From Podarcis pityusensis (taxonomy: Eukaryota): a stretch of 64,000 nucleotides of DNA. Location of the stretch: NCBI GenBank assembly GCA_964106645.2, contig OZ067046.1; one strand, written 5' to 3'. A program made the translations under genes and the position numbers. Under the pieces are notes generated by a model. It did no database searches, had not been told where the DNA came from, and saw only the letters and a program-made list of their open reading frames with translations. The stretch's first letter is position 1. Each line of letters opens with the position of its first letter. Shown in pieces: positions 22,548-35,832 of this stretch.

Positions 22548-25500
22548 TTCTAGTGTTCGGTGGCACTTGTTTCTGAACTTGAAGGTTTGATTTAGCCATT
22601 TTGGCTGATCTCTGTAGGTAGACCTCATCTGTAACTAGCTATCTAATGTTCTTTGAAATCTGTCTAAACGAGGGGTCAACACTACATCCCATGGTCATGA
22701 GCCATCCCAGAGAGATAATGAATAATTTTCCGAAAGTACTGGCTGCTTGAATATACAAAATATAAAATGAAATGAATTGCACTCAGTAAATACATTTGAT
22801 AGCAGGGCTACTAGCAGCAGTATACTTTGTACACACATGACATAGCTCGTGTAAGTAGACAACTGGAAATACAAAGCAAAAATAAGCAGTCAATTTTAAT
22901 GTGTTAACAGGCTTCCAGACTTAAAGAGGATTGTAGAGACAGAATTGGACAAAAACAAATGGAAATTTGGTAATGCTGGTAGGATTTAGTATCATCATTT
23001 ATGTATTCTAAGAAAAAGAAAGACGATGAAACTGGTGATATGTCTTTGGCAAGGAAGCAATGTATTGAAAACCATGGCAAGCCTCAAGGCTTTATATGGT
23101 AGTCAGGGAGAGAGAAACAAGGAACAACAAATGTCAACAGGTGCAAACAGCTTCCTCTGTTTTAACATAAAGTCATAAAAATATCATACTCTGATATGGA
23201 ATGCTGGAAGAAAATGTATTTCAAATTCAAAATGTCACTCACAACCAATAGGAGGAGAAAATTTTCTGCCTAGGGCTATACTAATTCTTTAATGTGATGG
23301 CATTCCTGTTCAGAGAGGCCTGAAAGCTTCCCCAGGCTGCCACACATGGTTGGTGTCCATGTCTTTATGCAGCTTTCCCTGCAAGGATCTTGAGTACATT
23401 TTCATTTTAATGGGTTCCCAAGTCAAGCATATCTGGCAAAGTCACTCAGGAGGGCAGGGGGAGTGGGGGAGAGCTCATCCAAAGGACAGTGACTTCCATT
23501 TGCATCAGCAGCACTAAAAAAAAAGGCATTAAAAAAACCCCACAACACTTTGTGATTGAGGGGCAGGGAATCCAGGGGTTTTTAATTGCAGGTGGCAGAT
23601 AATACATTTAATATATTGTCCTTCTATAGTCTTTTCAGCACTGAAGAGAAAATTGCTCGATAAGTAATCTTGAATCGATGTGTCTCCCACTAAATTCAGC
23701 TTCTGTTGCTGGTATGCTTTAGTCCTGCCTGAGTGGACGTCTTCTCATCCAGTGCCACCCCCACCCACTTTTAACATTCTCAGCAAGCTGGATTTATGAC
23801 CCTATGAAAGCAAGGAACAGAAGCATCTTTTTCCAGAAACCATCTGCACTGGTGAGCATATTGAATGGTTGATGGAGTATTGAATGATAATCCTAAAAAG
23901 GCAGAAGGAGGTGGGGACAGGGGACACCTCTATCTTCTTCTTCTTCAGAGAGAGAGTGTGTGTGTGTGTGAGAGAGAGAGACTTTCGTTTATTTCATTTT
24001 TCATTCCAACCCCATTTCAGCCACTGCGAATGACAGTGTAAATGATCAAACAACTGTTTGCTAATGCATTATAGATAGCTATACACAATATGGCAGCTTT
24101 ATACTTGTGTATTTACCCACTATGAATACAGAATATACTAAGAGTGACAGGTAATGCAGCCCAAGCTTCTACTCCCTGTAAGCATCTGTGTACGATGAAT
24201 TATAAATGAGAGTCTTGTGTCCAAAGGTACCAAGTAATGCAGATAATGCCATCGGAGTAAATGAATAAAAAGGGAAACAGCTGCTTTTTGCATTCGGGGC
24301 ACACAGGTACATCCAGGAAGTCACCAGTACAGATTGTAGATGGCTGGCAAAGCAGCTGCGTTTGGCGTTGAGTGTCAGATGCAAGCCTACCTGGACTACC
24401 TTGAATAGGTAAGAAGTGCTTTTCTCGCCTTCATTTTTTGACAAATTTCCAGAAGAGGTGAAGGGCACCTGTCTGAAAGCACTTGATCTGACCGGTATCC
24501 CATCTGCTGCCCTAAATTGCTTTGCTGAAACTTTGAAAAGCAGAACAGCTGCTTAGACAGGGTTTCCTTGACGTCGGAGAGTGCACAAGAGGGAACAAAA
24601 CTGCCTTTCAATCATATGAGCCACAACCACCACCACCCATTTTTGGATCACTTTTCATGATTTGTTTTACTCCCCCCTCACCCTTTCAGGTAGCCCTTGT
24701 TTCCAAGTTATTAAAATGCAACCTTCTAGGATGAAGAAAGGAATTTAATGGTGTTTCACAATCACCTTCTTCCCCATCCAATGTATAATGCAAGCAGAAT
24801 ATCTGGATCCAGCTTTTACAGTTCAGGGGTTGGGGTTTTGGAATGTGAGATTTAGGAACAGATAATCAGACAGATTAGATGAATTACAATTGTGAAGAAT
24901 TGCTGGTGTGCAGTAGACATTGATCCTTCTTTTGCCATTGTAAAGTGAATTGGATAGTTTGAGAAATGCAGTTTTTATGGCTATTCTGCTGGACCTGTGA
25001 TTCGTAACCATTCAGTTTTATTGACTGTCCTATCCTTTTTCATTTATGTCTTCAGTGCTGCCCTTTTCTTTCAGTTCAGTTATTCTTTATAACCCATTTA
25101 AGCTTGTAATGAAAGTTTATTTTCCATGAAGTTTTAACACCTTATTTGTTTTAGAATAGGGTCACTATAACAGACCCTCTGAACTGATATGGTGGCACGG
25201 CTGTGCATAGGTCTGAAAGGTCCCATTGTCCTTGTGCCAATTCTTCACCGGCATAGCAGAGTGAGCAGCCACCTCAAATGGCAAATGCTGAGTGGCAGGG
25301 ATTGGTCATGAGTCCCACGTAGATGGAGGGAACAGTCAGTTCCAGAGCAGAAGCAGGAGGAGCTCAGAGAGCGGAGGTGGATCTATACACAGGAAAAAAA
25401 CACACACTATAAATAAGTCAGAAATTAGATTGTTATAACAACAACAACAACAACAACAACAAAAACCCTATGGAAAAACGTGTATAAAACTTTCCTGCTA

Positions 25501-25744
25501 TCTGGTGCCATCTGGTGTTGCATTTTTATAGTGAATTCAAATCGTTATTTCTTTACTAATGTAGCTGAGTCCCTAGTGTTGTAAGATCCTGGGGATGGAC
25601 ACAGTGCGTTTCAAATCATTCCAAGCCTCAAGAGATGTCTGACCCCAGAGAGGAACCCAGTGGCCTGGCGGAATGGAGATCCTGGTGAATGCTTGGATGG
25701 GTTAGAAGAAGTGTTCCATTCCTCTGCCTACAGATATGCCTTGT

Positions 25745-25894
25745 NNNNNNNNNNNNNNNNNNNNNNNNNNNNNNNNNNNNNNNNNNNNNNNNNNNNNNNN
25801 NNNNNNNNNNNNNNNNNNNNNNNNNNNNNNNNNNNNNNNNNNNNNNNNNNNNNNNNNNNNNNNNNNNNNNNNNNNNNNNNNNNNNNNNNNNNNN
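25745..25894. other. Assembly gap (150 N)
   Basis: Run of N; true length unknown. Confidence 0.99.
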
Positions 25895-27402
25895 GGCCTT
25901 GGTGCAATTGTTTCATATGTTCAACATTGTGATAGTGTGGTGTGTAAGGAAGAGGAACACAGTGTGACTTTAGTGCAGATTCCCTCAGAAGGTGAGAGTT
26001 CTAAATAACCTAGGTTTGAGGTGTGGAATTATTTTGAGACCACAGCCATGTGGTTTCTTTCCCATTTCAATGTTGGGTGAAGGCTGGTTCTGACACCCCA
26101 ACTTCTTTTCCCTTGGTTGACAACTTTTAGCAAATTGGCAGATATAGATAGAGAAGGTGGAAGCTGGTAGAAAAAAAGAATGTGTTCTAGTAAATAAAAT
26201 GAAATACAGACTCCTTACTAGCTGATATTGAAATTCAATTTACACACACTTCCCCACTTGTCTTTCCATTAATGACAGAAAAGAACTATTCTTCTTTCTG
26301 AAAACAGACATATTTAAAAACTAGTGGAAGTTCATGGTGGTGAATATAAGGGAAATGTTGTGGGGGGGGAGAGGAAGAGGCGAGGGAGAGGGAGAGGGAG
26401 GAGGGAGGGAGGGGGAGAGAGAGAGAGAGAGATGAGGCTGACAAGTAGGATTGAAGGTTGATATGTTTCTGCTATGACATGGCTGAAGATTGGGTGGTGT
26501 GGAAGGTTCCAGATTAGCAGGATGTTCCATAAGAATTTCTAACCAGAATTAACAGCACAATCCTACACAGGTTTTCTTAGAAGTCCCATTTGGTTGAATA
26601 GGACTTAGTCCAAGGTAAGTATGCATAAGATTGAAAGCTAAGAGAGCTCCAAAACATTATCGAATTAATTATTCATCCAAGAGATATCCTACTGACATTA
26701 CTTAAAATAGAATTCTATACCTTCATGCAGTTAATGTAAATGCAACTACAAAAAAAATCACCAACTTTTGCCCTCTATTATCATTGTTAATTGGATGCGG
26801 CATGCAATGTGGCATACCATTCAAGCAGCGTGATGTAATGTACCAGGAGATATGAGCCTGCCATGATTCATCCCAGCATGAAATGCAATGGAGATGTTAA
26901 TTCTCAAAATCTAACCGTTTATAAAAAGTGCATCCTGAAAATATGAAAAGGAGGAAGGGGTGAAATGGAATTTTAAACAATTTTGACCTTCATGAGGCTG
27001 GAGCTGACATCTTTCCTCTGCTACTCTCCCTCTACCTCTTCCTTTATACTCATTTGGATTGCAAATTGGGGGGGGGGGGAGTACAATATAAAGTTTTTTG
27101 GGAAATCAATTTGCAAAGTGCTCATTCCAGATAATGAAGGTAATGGTACCTTTGCCCAAGAGTTCCGGTGTGATAAAACAGATTTGGAATGATAGTTACT
27201 GAATAATCACATACCCTTCAGAAGCAGAACATTACTGTTAAAAAACCCAAAAAACCCATCCTGTTTTTCTCATTTATATCTGAGCCATGCTGCTGTGAAT
27301 TCAAACACAGGTTTATAAAATGGATATATATACTGAATTGCTAAAGTTAGAAAAGATAGGACTGCTAGGAAGCCATGATCTCTGATGTGGATTTACTTTC
27401 CT

Positions 27403-27560
27403 TGGGGAGGGGCCATAGTAGTACAGTACAGCACATGCCTTGGTAGGAGAACATCACTGGTTCACAGCTTAAAATGCCCCATGTAACCTGGGAAAGACAC
27501 TGGAGAAGGTACTGCAACTCAACATTGCCCAGTCGCCTGACGAAGCGTATGGAAGCTTCA
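27403..27560 (+). mobile_element. Degenerate Squam3-like SINE
   Basis: GGGGAGGGGCCATAG head and CTGGGAAAGAC...CTGGAGA body. Confidence 0.5.
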
Positions 27561-28089
27561 CACGCAACTATTATCCTATACATTTAATGATGTTAATCAG
27601 TTGTGATAGTAAGCGCTCTGAACATGCTCAAATCTACTCTTTTCTTTATTGCTTCTGTTGTTCATCAGTTGGTCCTGGCACTGAAAGAAAGTTCATTTCA
27701 AAAGCTTTCTATGGTGCATAGTCTTATAAGCAGAAACATGTTATTGGAACACATAGATAGATATATGTGCTTCTAGATTCTGCAGTGATCATTGTCCACC
27801 TTTTGAACTCACTTATCTTGGAATAAGCTCTAGGAATATTAGAAGACATTTATAGGACTATTTATTTATTTATTTATTTATTTAAAATTTGTTCCCTGCC
27901 TTTCCTCCCAAAGGACTCCAGGGCTGCAGATTGCACTCACACATCAAAATAGGTCAAAGAATGGGACAGCAAAGTATACAGTGGTCTACACAGCACTGGA
28001 GATATGGGACCTTTTTAAAACTCCTTCTCAGAAACATGTTTAAAGCAGTCTGACACTATGGTCCATGCCCCCTTCTTGTAGTCACAGTA

Positions 28090-29225
28090 AAGATCAGTGT
28101 GAGGCAGCTGTGGAAAAGGCACATTCCATGCTAGGGATCATTAGGAAAGGAACCGAAGATGAAGTAGGCAATATCATAATGCTGTTTTATAAATTTGTGG
28201 TACAACACACACACACACACACATATGGAATATTGTGCACAGTTCTGGGTGCCTGACATCAAAGGGGATATTATAGAAATGGAAAAGGTTCTGAAAAGAG
28301 CACCCAAACTATCAAGGGGATATAGCAACTCCCATATGGAGAAAAGTTACAAGGTGAGTAGTAGCAGATAAAAGGATGCATATAAAATTACGTATCTAAA
28401 ATTCTCCCTGCATGGCTTGGAAAAAGTCAAGCAATAAGAGCTTTTGTCTTCCCCTCATCAGTCTCATTCAATGAAGCTGAATGTTGAAAGATTTAAGAAG
28501 ACAAAAAAAAGATAACTTGTTTACACCGTGCATAGCTAAATTACGGAATGTGTTTCTACAAGTGGCAATGGTGACCATGAACTTGGATGGCTTTAAAAGA
28601 AGAATAAACAAATTAATGGAGGATAGGGCTATAATAGTAGTGATGTATGGAAGTGAGAGCTGGACCATAAAGAAGGCTGATCGCCGAAGAATTGATGCTT
28701 TTGAATTATGGTGCTGGAGGAGACACTTGAGAGTCCCATGGACTGCAAGAAGATCAAACACATCCATTCTTAAGGAAATCAGCCCTGAGTGCTCACTGGA
28801 AGGACAGATCATGAAGCTGAGGCTCCAATACTTTGGCCACCTCATGAGAAGAGAAGACTCCCTGGAAAAGACCCTGATGTTGGAAAAGATGGAGGGCACA
28901 AGGAGAAGAGGACGACAGAGGATGAGATGGTTGGATAGTGTTCTCAAGGCTACCAGCATGAGTTTGATCAAACTGTGGGAGGCAGTGGAAGACAGAAGTG
29001 CCTGGCGTGCTCTGGTCCATGGGGTCACGATGAGTCGGACACAACTAAACGACTAAACAACAACAACAAGGACTATAATTGGCTACTCGCCACAATGGCT
29101 ATGTTCTTTATTGTCAAAGGCCATACATCTCTTAATACCAGTTGCTGGGAATCACAAATGGGGAGAGTGATGCTGTGCTCAAGTCTTGATTGTGGGCTTT
29201 CATAGGCCTCTGGCTGGCCACCATG
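28090..29225 (+). mobile_element. CR1 LINE 3' part, interrupted by BovB
   Basis: QCEAAVEKAHSMLGIIRKG, GGAATATTGTGCACAGTTCTGG, NLDGFKRRINKLMEDRAI. The 3'UTR continues after 29069. Confidence 0.8.
28636..29068 (+). mobile_element. BovB 3' fragment
   Basis: Near-identical to 16972-17403. (AAC)n tail. TSD AGGGCTATAAT (28625-28635) / AGGACTATAAT (29069-29079). Confidence 0.95.
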
Positions 29226-30529
29226 AGTATAGAAAGATAGGCTGTTCCTATCAGCAGACACTTCCTATTTTTAATGTAGTCCTTTGAAGCTATTTTCTAC
29301 ATGTTAGAATTGGGTTTTCTTTTGTTGATATGTATCTCCCCCCCCCCATGCCAATTACAGTGAAATGGATGTTCAAACAGTCATATTATCCAGTCACCAA
29401 TAACATCTGGTCTGTATGGGTCCATGAATCTCTCATTGCTCCATAATGTCTATATACAGATATAACCTGTCCAAACTCTTAGGAGGAAGGAACATAAAAT
29501 CTCATTGATTTACAAAGAGAGCATCACACGGCTATCTAGCGTTCTCTGTATCTCTCTCACTTGCTCAGTCTCTCTCTAAAAAAAAGTGCCTTAGAAGAAG
29601 CACTTGGAAGCTGGCAAAATAATCTCTTAAATAAACCACCAGTGGGGAATAAACTCGTAATCACGAAGGAGAGCCTGCTGTTCAGTATATCAACAAAAAT
29701 GCATTGGGCCTGAGGCAAACCTGAGGGCAAACATTTCCCAGATGGATCCAAGAGGCCTAAATACCTTCAAAGATAAAAATTTAATTAGAGGGAATGTCAC
29801 TGTAGTGAATAAAAGGGTTCATTGGTGATTTTTAAAACCTATTGTTTTCTGTAGGCATGGTGCATTTTTGAAGCAACAGGGCACTCTAGATTCAACCATG
29901 CACTTAAAAAAGAAAAACCACACCAGAGATTAAAGGGACTCAGAAGGCCAGGAATAGTTACCTTCCCCCATTGAATGATCAGAAACCAGAAAATTGATCA
30001 AAAATACTATTCAGTGGCAATTTTCATTTCTTCAGCCTTAAAGAGAATAGCAAAGGGGGTATTCTTTGCTACATGCAGTGTCACTTTATGAGTACACAAC
30101 ATGGAATTTGAGTTTCTCAGATTGCTGTAAAACATATCTTGGTGAGATTGCATCCTTCAATGTGAATCAATTGCTCCCAGTAGTGACAAAACAGAGGCAA
30201 TGCAGTATAGTAGGTAAAGTGTCTGATCAGGACAACAAAGATCAAGGTTCAAACCGTCTTTGAGCAGTTTCAGCCTAGCAAAACATAAGCTCTACTTTAT
30301 AGCAGGTCAAACTATTTGTCCATGGCCAAGGTCTATTTGGCTGGCTAAGGTCTCAGACAGAAGTCTTTATCATTAGCTGCTATTTGACCTTTTTATTTAT
30401 TTGTTTTTAATTTTTGAATGAGCCATTTTGCATGCAAAACATATGAACAAAGTCTTCAAACATAGCTCAACATACTTCACAGAGTTGTTCTGAGGATAAA
30501 ATTGGTTGTTCTGGTCTTCGTTTGAATTT

Positions 30530-30940
30530 GCAGTCCTCTGAATTTTGCAGTGCCATTCTCCAGCCAAGTGTGTAAAAAAATGCATATACTAAAGTGTCCA
30601 TAAAATGCATATATTAATAAAAATCACATGTGAAAATATGTTATATTAGGGAAAACTGCATTGCAAAGAAGAGTATATTAGGCAAAAATGCATATAGAAA
30701 TGTATATATTCAGAGAAATTAACCCTATAATGAGGATGAATTTTCATGAGGACTATATTAAAAAATCAACCAGCCAACAGATGCGGGATTATTTATTCAT
30801 TTCACAAAACACCAGCTACTCAAACAAACAAAAATCTGTAAGCGGGCTACAAAATGTGCAGTACTGAATTGGAAAAAAATATGGTGGGTTGGGGAATGGG
30901 ATGAGAGAAATTGAAATGAATAGATTCACCCATCACTAGC
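30530..30940. mobile_element. AT-rich old DNA-transposon-like repeat; related pieces at about 40310-40441, 59716-59843 and 63740-64000
   Basis: Shared AATTTTGCAG...TTCTCCA...AATGCATATA segments. End CCCATCACTA versus start TAGGGATAGGG in the 59716 copy. Boundaries approximate. Confidence 0.45.
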
Positions 30941-32106
30941 CCATAGAATAGTGAAGGAAACATAAACAAGTCCAAGTTCCTGCTGCAGAATACGGTCAAT
31001 TACACATTAGGTATCTTCTATTGATTAACTCACATAAGTCACTGTGCTACAAGCAGAGAGCCAGAGTTGTATGCAGAGTTACATAGGAGTCAGGCTGCTG
31101 AGACAAGCCCGCACCACTAAGGAAGACAAACAAAAAACAAAAATTAGATGCTACAAGAGATGAATATAGCAGAGTGGGAAACAGAATGGGAAAATATTCC
31201 TTCTAGCATAATCTGGGAACTCCATGAAGCTGCCATAGACCAGGAGATTGAAAATCCATTTGAGAGAAGTTATTATAATAGAGTACATAGGTTTAGATTT
31301 TTCTGCATTGTAATCTTGTCAAACAACCTTGAGGAATTTTTTGAATCTCTGTAATTTGTTTCCTTTCAGACTGCTTTTCTTTACACTCTGCACCATCCAA
31401 GGACATTGAAACTATTGATTTCCTCAAAAAATTACATCTTTGTAATGACAGTGATAGTGCCAGAAAAAAAAAAATGCAATTTCAAAGGCCAGACCTGTAG
31501 TTCAGATGCAGGCCCAGTTCCCATTAATATCAATGGAAGTAGAGATTGGTGTTTTTCTTTCCTCTAGCATAAAGAAATGTGTTTCATTAGGATAATTTAT
31601 ACAAACAAATGATTAACGTAGAAATCTGCACAAAACAGATCTTCTTTGTGTAATAAAGCATATCCTTACTCTATGAGCAAACATTAGGTACATCAGACTC
31701 CTAATCCAGTGGTAGCCATTATGGTACCTTCCAGATGTTATTGGGCTGTATCTTTCACCATCCCAATTCTCTGGCCTTTTGACCCTCCTCCACCTGTGCC
31801 AGAACCTGAGCCCATCTGCACCCTGCCTTGGGGCTATGACTTGTCCTGGTTGATGCCTGTAAAAAGTGGTTGCTGCAACAAATTGAAGTTTATATATGGT
31901 GTTTTATTAATTTATAATGCAAATGTATAAATGTCTGTTCAGATGTAAGCTCCATTGAATTCAATGGGAGTTCTGAGTATTGTGGGGATGTGCATGATTG
32001 AAGTGTGTGTGTGTGTGTGTGTGTGTGTACTACACATTCACTTTTTTACTGGTTTAAGTGTGTTTTTAATCTACATTAGTGGATTTTAAATTTTAAATTG
32101 AAAGTG

Positions 32107-32144
<38 letters not shown>

Positions 32145-32591
32145 CCATGTAAGTAGGAAGGGTTTTATACGTTACAGAGAAGCGGCAGATCAAGAAAACT
32201 TTCCTATAAGAAAAAAAGTCATTACGCTTTCATTACCCTTGTGTGTGTGTAATATATAACTCCTCCCACAGAGTTAATTTACACATTATGTTAAGTTTAA
32301 AATGTTTTCTGTGTGCATCTAAAAATGTGGTGTGAAGTTGCTGAAGTTGTGTTTGGAAACATAGGTATATCATCTGGGCAAACATTATTGGGAACCCTTA
32401 TTGGCTGCCATTCTGGTTGAATTGTACATTCAGTCACAAATCTGTGCTTTCTTCCACTTAATATGCAGACTAGTCTTTTGAGAATTCCAGAGATCTATAT
32501 TGCAGTGCTTGTGCCTGTCCTGAAAGTGAAATAGGGTTTCTATAAGGATTTTTTCCATAGTCCCACACAGAAAATATTCTGGCTGGTTGGA

Positions 32592-32914
32592 GTGAATTAG
32601 GTAAGAATGTTATGGTTAGGAGAGGTTGGTAAAAATTAAGATTTAAGTTCTAAACTTTTTTATATATAAGATAAGATGAAAATAGATTAAGGTAATGTGA
32701 GAACAGAATATTATGAATTATGGAAAGGATTTGCTGTGATTATTATAAATCAGGATACAGGAAAAGGGAGGAGGAGGAGGTCAAGGAAAGAAGGTATTGA
32801 AAGTGGAGAATTGGAGAATGATGGTTTTACTTTTACTTTTTCTTTTTTTTTGTCTTGTTTCTTTTGTGTAATTTTAAAAAAAATTCTCAATAAATATCAT
32901 TTTAAAAAAAAAAA
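32592..32914 (+). mobile_element. L1-related 3'UTR fragment, same subfamily as 10012-10804
   Basis: Perfect 14-bp TSD TCTGGCTGGTTGGA (32578-32591 / 32915-32928). AATAAATATC plus A-tail. Aligns with about 10360-10800. Confidence 0.8.
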
Positions 32915-32928
32915 TCTGGCTGGTTGGA

Positions 32929-33635
32929 CTGGTTGACATCCATCTGCCTTGGGATACAATGGAAGAGTGAGCCTTTGGGGATGAAGCCAAACCATTGGAG
33001 AGTGGCTGCTGTGGCTGTAGAGACTACTAATGCAGGAGAGACACGTTTTGTTGCAGCTGGGGCAGATGAAAGAATCAGGTTGTGCTAATAGAGAAGCACC
33101 ATGGCATTTTTTCTTTCTGTGTTCCTCCCAGCAGTCATTATTCCTCTTATCACTGCTGTGGGTACACAACCTGGCTGTCTCCAGGTGCTGCGGTCGTCTG
33201 CATGGAGTTCCCACACAGCAGGGTTGAAGTTGCCAGCCTTCATGTCATGTTTGCAGACATCCCCACACCCCAGAGTTGGTCTGCCAATGGGCCTGGTGCC
33301 TGAAGACAGTTCCCTGTAGAGCACATCCTTGGGGAACCTGCCATCTTCTATTATGTGGACACTAGCAAGCCAATGTAGATGTTGTTTAGACAGGAGTGTG
33401 AACAAGCTGGGCTTGGGAGAGCATATCAGGTTCTTATCCAAGATATATTGTTTTCAGATGACAAGATCTTGACAGTGCACTCTGAGAAAGCTCTACAGAG
33501 TCACCAACCACTTTGCCCAAGCCTGCATGGAGTTCAGCCTTAACCATCGACCTGACAAAGACCAATATCAGGATGTCATCAGCACTCCATGCATTAACAT
33601 TGGTGACCACATGCTTGAGGTGGCAGATGATTTTG
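32929..33635 (-). mobile_element. Old RTE-clade (RTE-1/Expander-like) LINE with inverted 5' segment
   Basis: Minus strand: HLHWLASVHIIEDGRFPKDVLYRELSSGTRPIGRP, WELHADDRSTWRQ and a C-terminal FICPSCNKTC..SLYSH zinc motif. Plus strand about 33481-33635: FAQACMEFSL..TKTNI..QDVISTPCINIGDHMLEVADDF. Confidence 0.8.
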
Positions 33636-35122
33636 TTCTTAGATTTTCTTGTAAATATGATGACTTTTGCACTTTTCAATGAATAGCTGTAGATGACATT
33701 TGACAGAAAATGCCATTGGTTTCTGTTGAATTTGCATGTGGATGTTGTATATAATCCTGATATTCTGTCCAGCTGACTTATTGGCTCGCTCTATATTTTT
33801 ATCCATACTTTAATAATCTGGTACAAGTAACCTAGTTCTTTCTGAGCAGTTTACAGACTGTTACATTAGCCTTTCTCTCTCTCTATCTATCTTGGTTCAT
33901 TAGCACCCATGTATTAGCATAAGCAAGTGAGGGGGAAATGTCTGTTTCTAATAACGCTTCCAGGCTTGCCTGCAGGAATAATCTAAACATATTATTTCTT
34001 GAAACCTCTGACCTAGAGAAAGAGGCCAGCCACCTTATTAGGCATAACGCCATGCCAGCAGCTATTCACAACTCTTGGCATCCCTACAGAGAACTCAAAG
34101 TTCCTTCTCCACATTTATTAGAACTAGTTATCTGGTATGCCATCCGGACAAAATGAACATACCATATGCATAGCAGTCTTTCATTTCTTTTCTCTTTCCT
34201 TCTCTCTTTTAATGTTCCATTTCTCACACTTCTATGTTAGGATCTTGAAGTTCAACACTTAAAGATCACTAAGTATTATAAAGCATAAACGCTTCTTGGT
34301 TACAAAAGAATATGAGAAGCAATATCAAGATTTGCAGTACCGCTCTAAGAGGCTACCATCATTACAGGAGAACTGTGATGATTCAGAAAAGAAAATCTTT
34401 TTCTTAGAACTGTTGTAATGCAACCTTCAAATGCTTTTTTAAAAAAATGCCTCTATAGTTATGATTATCTATAGATATCTTGATATTCAAGGTGTGAAGA
34501 ACCAAAAGGCTTGGCGTAGGACAGGGGCATAAGAAGCAAGTCACTGATGAACTTATTACATATAATTATGGACCAGAATGATAAGGACATGCTTCAAACT
34601 TGACCATAAGGCATGCCTCAAATTTGGTTGATTCAAATCTGCTATTATTTTTGTGATTGGACAACATTTAGCTTGGTAAATCTACATTTGATTTAAAAGC
34701 ACATAAACTGCAAGTACTTGGAATTTTTTTAATGATTTCTGTGCAGTTTTGCTTAGCAAGCAAAATTAAAATATATTAATTTAACCAAATTATCATGTTA
34801 CAACTTTTTAGCACCCCTCATTTGGGGAATTTGAAATTTGAAAAATTCGGCATGCTCTACTCCCCAACCACTCTGCTATCAGCCGGCACCTGCCTATCTA
34901 TCATTTTGCTTACATGCAGTCCAGGGGTGGCATTCATAGCCAGCTTTCTCTCCCTCTGTCTCAGCCTTGCCCATGCAGAACTCAACAGGGAGGAGGATGG
35001 GGACCACACAAGAATGAGTTGCCTCTCCTCTACCTGTCATTGACTCTGTCTCCACCTACGGCTGGCTTCTCTGCCTTCTGCCCTACCAGTCTCAGTTGGC
35101 ATCAGCCACCACTGCCCTTGTA

Positions 35123-35352
35123 CAGTGGTACCTTGGTTTAAGAACAGCCCTGTTTACAAATGATTCGGTTTACAAACACCGCAAAACCAGAAGTAGTGTC
35201 CCGGTTTGCAAACTTTACCTCAGTAAAAGAATGGAATTCGAACAGTGGAAGGGCACTGATGGCAGAAGGCTCATTAGGGAAAGTGTGCCTCTGTTAAAGA
35301 ACGGTTTCAGTTTAAGAATGGACTTCCGGAACGGTAAACCGAGGTACCACTG
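35123..35352. mobile_element. Tigger/pogo-type MITE
   Basis: TIRs CAGTGGTACCTTGGTTTA / TAAACCGAGGTACCACTG with TA on both sides. Confidence 0.9.
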
Positions 35353-35455
35353 TATCTCCATATTCTTCTGCTTTGAAATCATACTGAGTTAGGCATTGCC
35401 TGGGTGGTACTCCAGGTGGCACACCATGACTTTTTGATGCACTTCACACATAGAC

Positions 35456-35796
35456 ATACCTGAAGTATACCTGAAGGAGTGTCTCCACTCCCATAGTTCA
35501 GCCCGGACACCGAGTTCCAGGTCCGAGGGCCTTCTGGCAGTTTCCTCACTGCGAGAAGTGATGTTACAGGAAACAGGGCAGAGGGCTTTCTCAGTAGTGG
35601 CACCCACTCTGTGGAACACGCTCCTAACAGATGCCAAGGAAATAAACAACTATCTGACTTTTAGACAACATCTGAAGGCAGCCCTGCTTAGGGAAGTTTT
35701 TAATGTTTGATGTTTTATTGTGTTTTTAATATTCTGTTGGGAGCCACCAAAGTGGCTGAAGAAGCCCAGCCAGATGGGCAGGGTATAAATAATAAA

Positions 35797-35832
<36 letters not shown>
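35456..35832 (+). mobile_element. L2 3' end with (TTA)n tail
   Basis: Homologous to 20048-20366. 3' hairpin followed by (TTA)n at 35797-35832. Confidence 0.88.

Noticed and set aside
24307-24408. Plus-strand exon ending TTGAATAG|GTAAGA
   Set aside because: The acceptor lacks a polypyrimidine tract and the open frame is unrecognisable.
25660-26008. ORFs spanning X runs
   Set aside because: Artefacts of the N gap.
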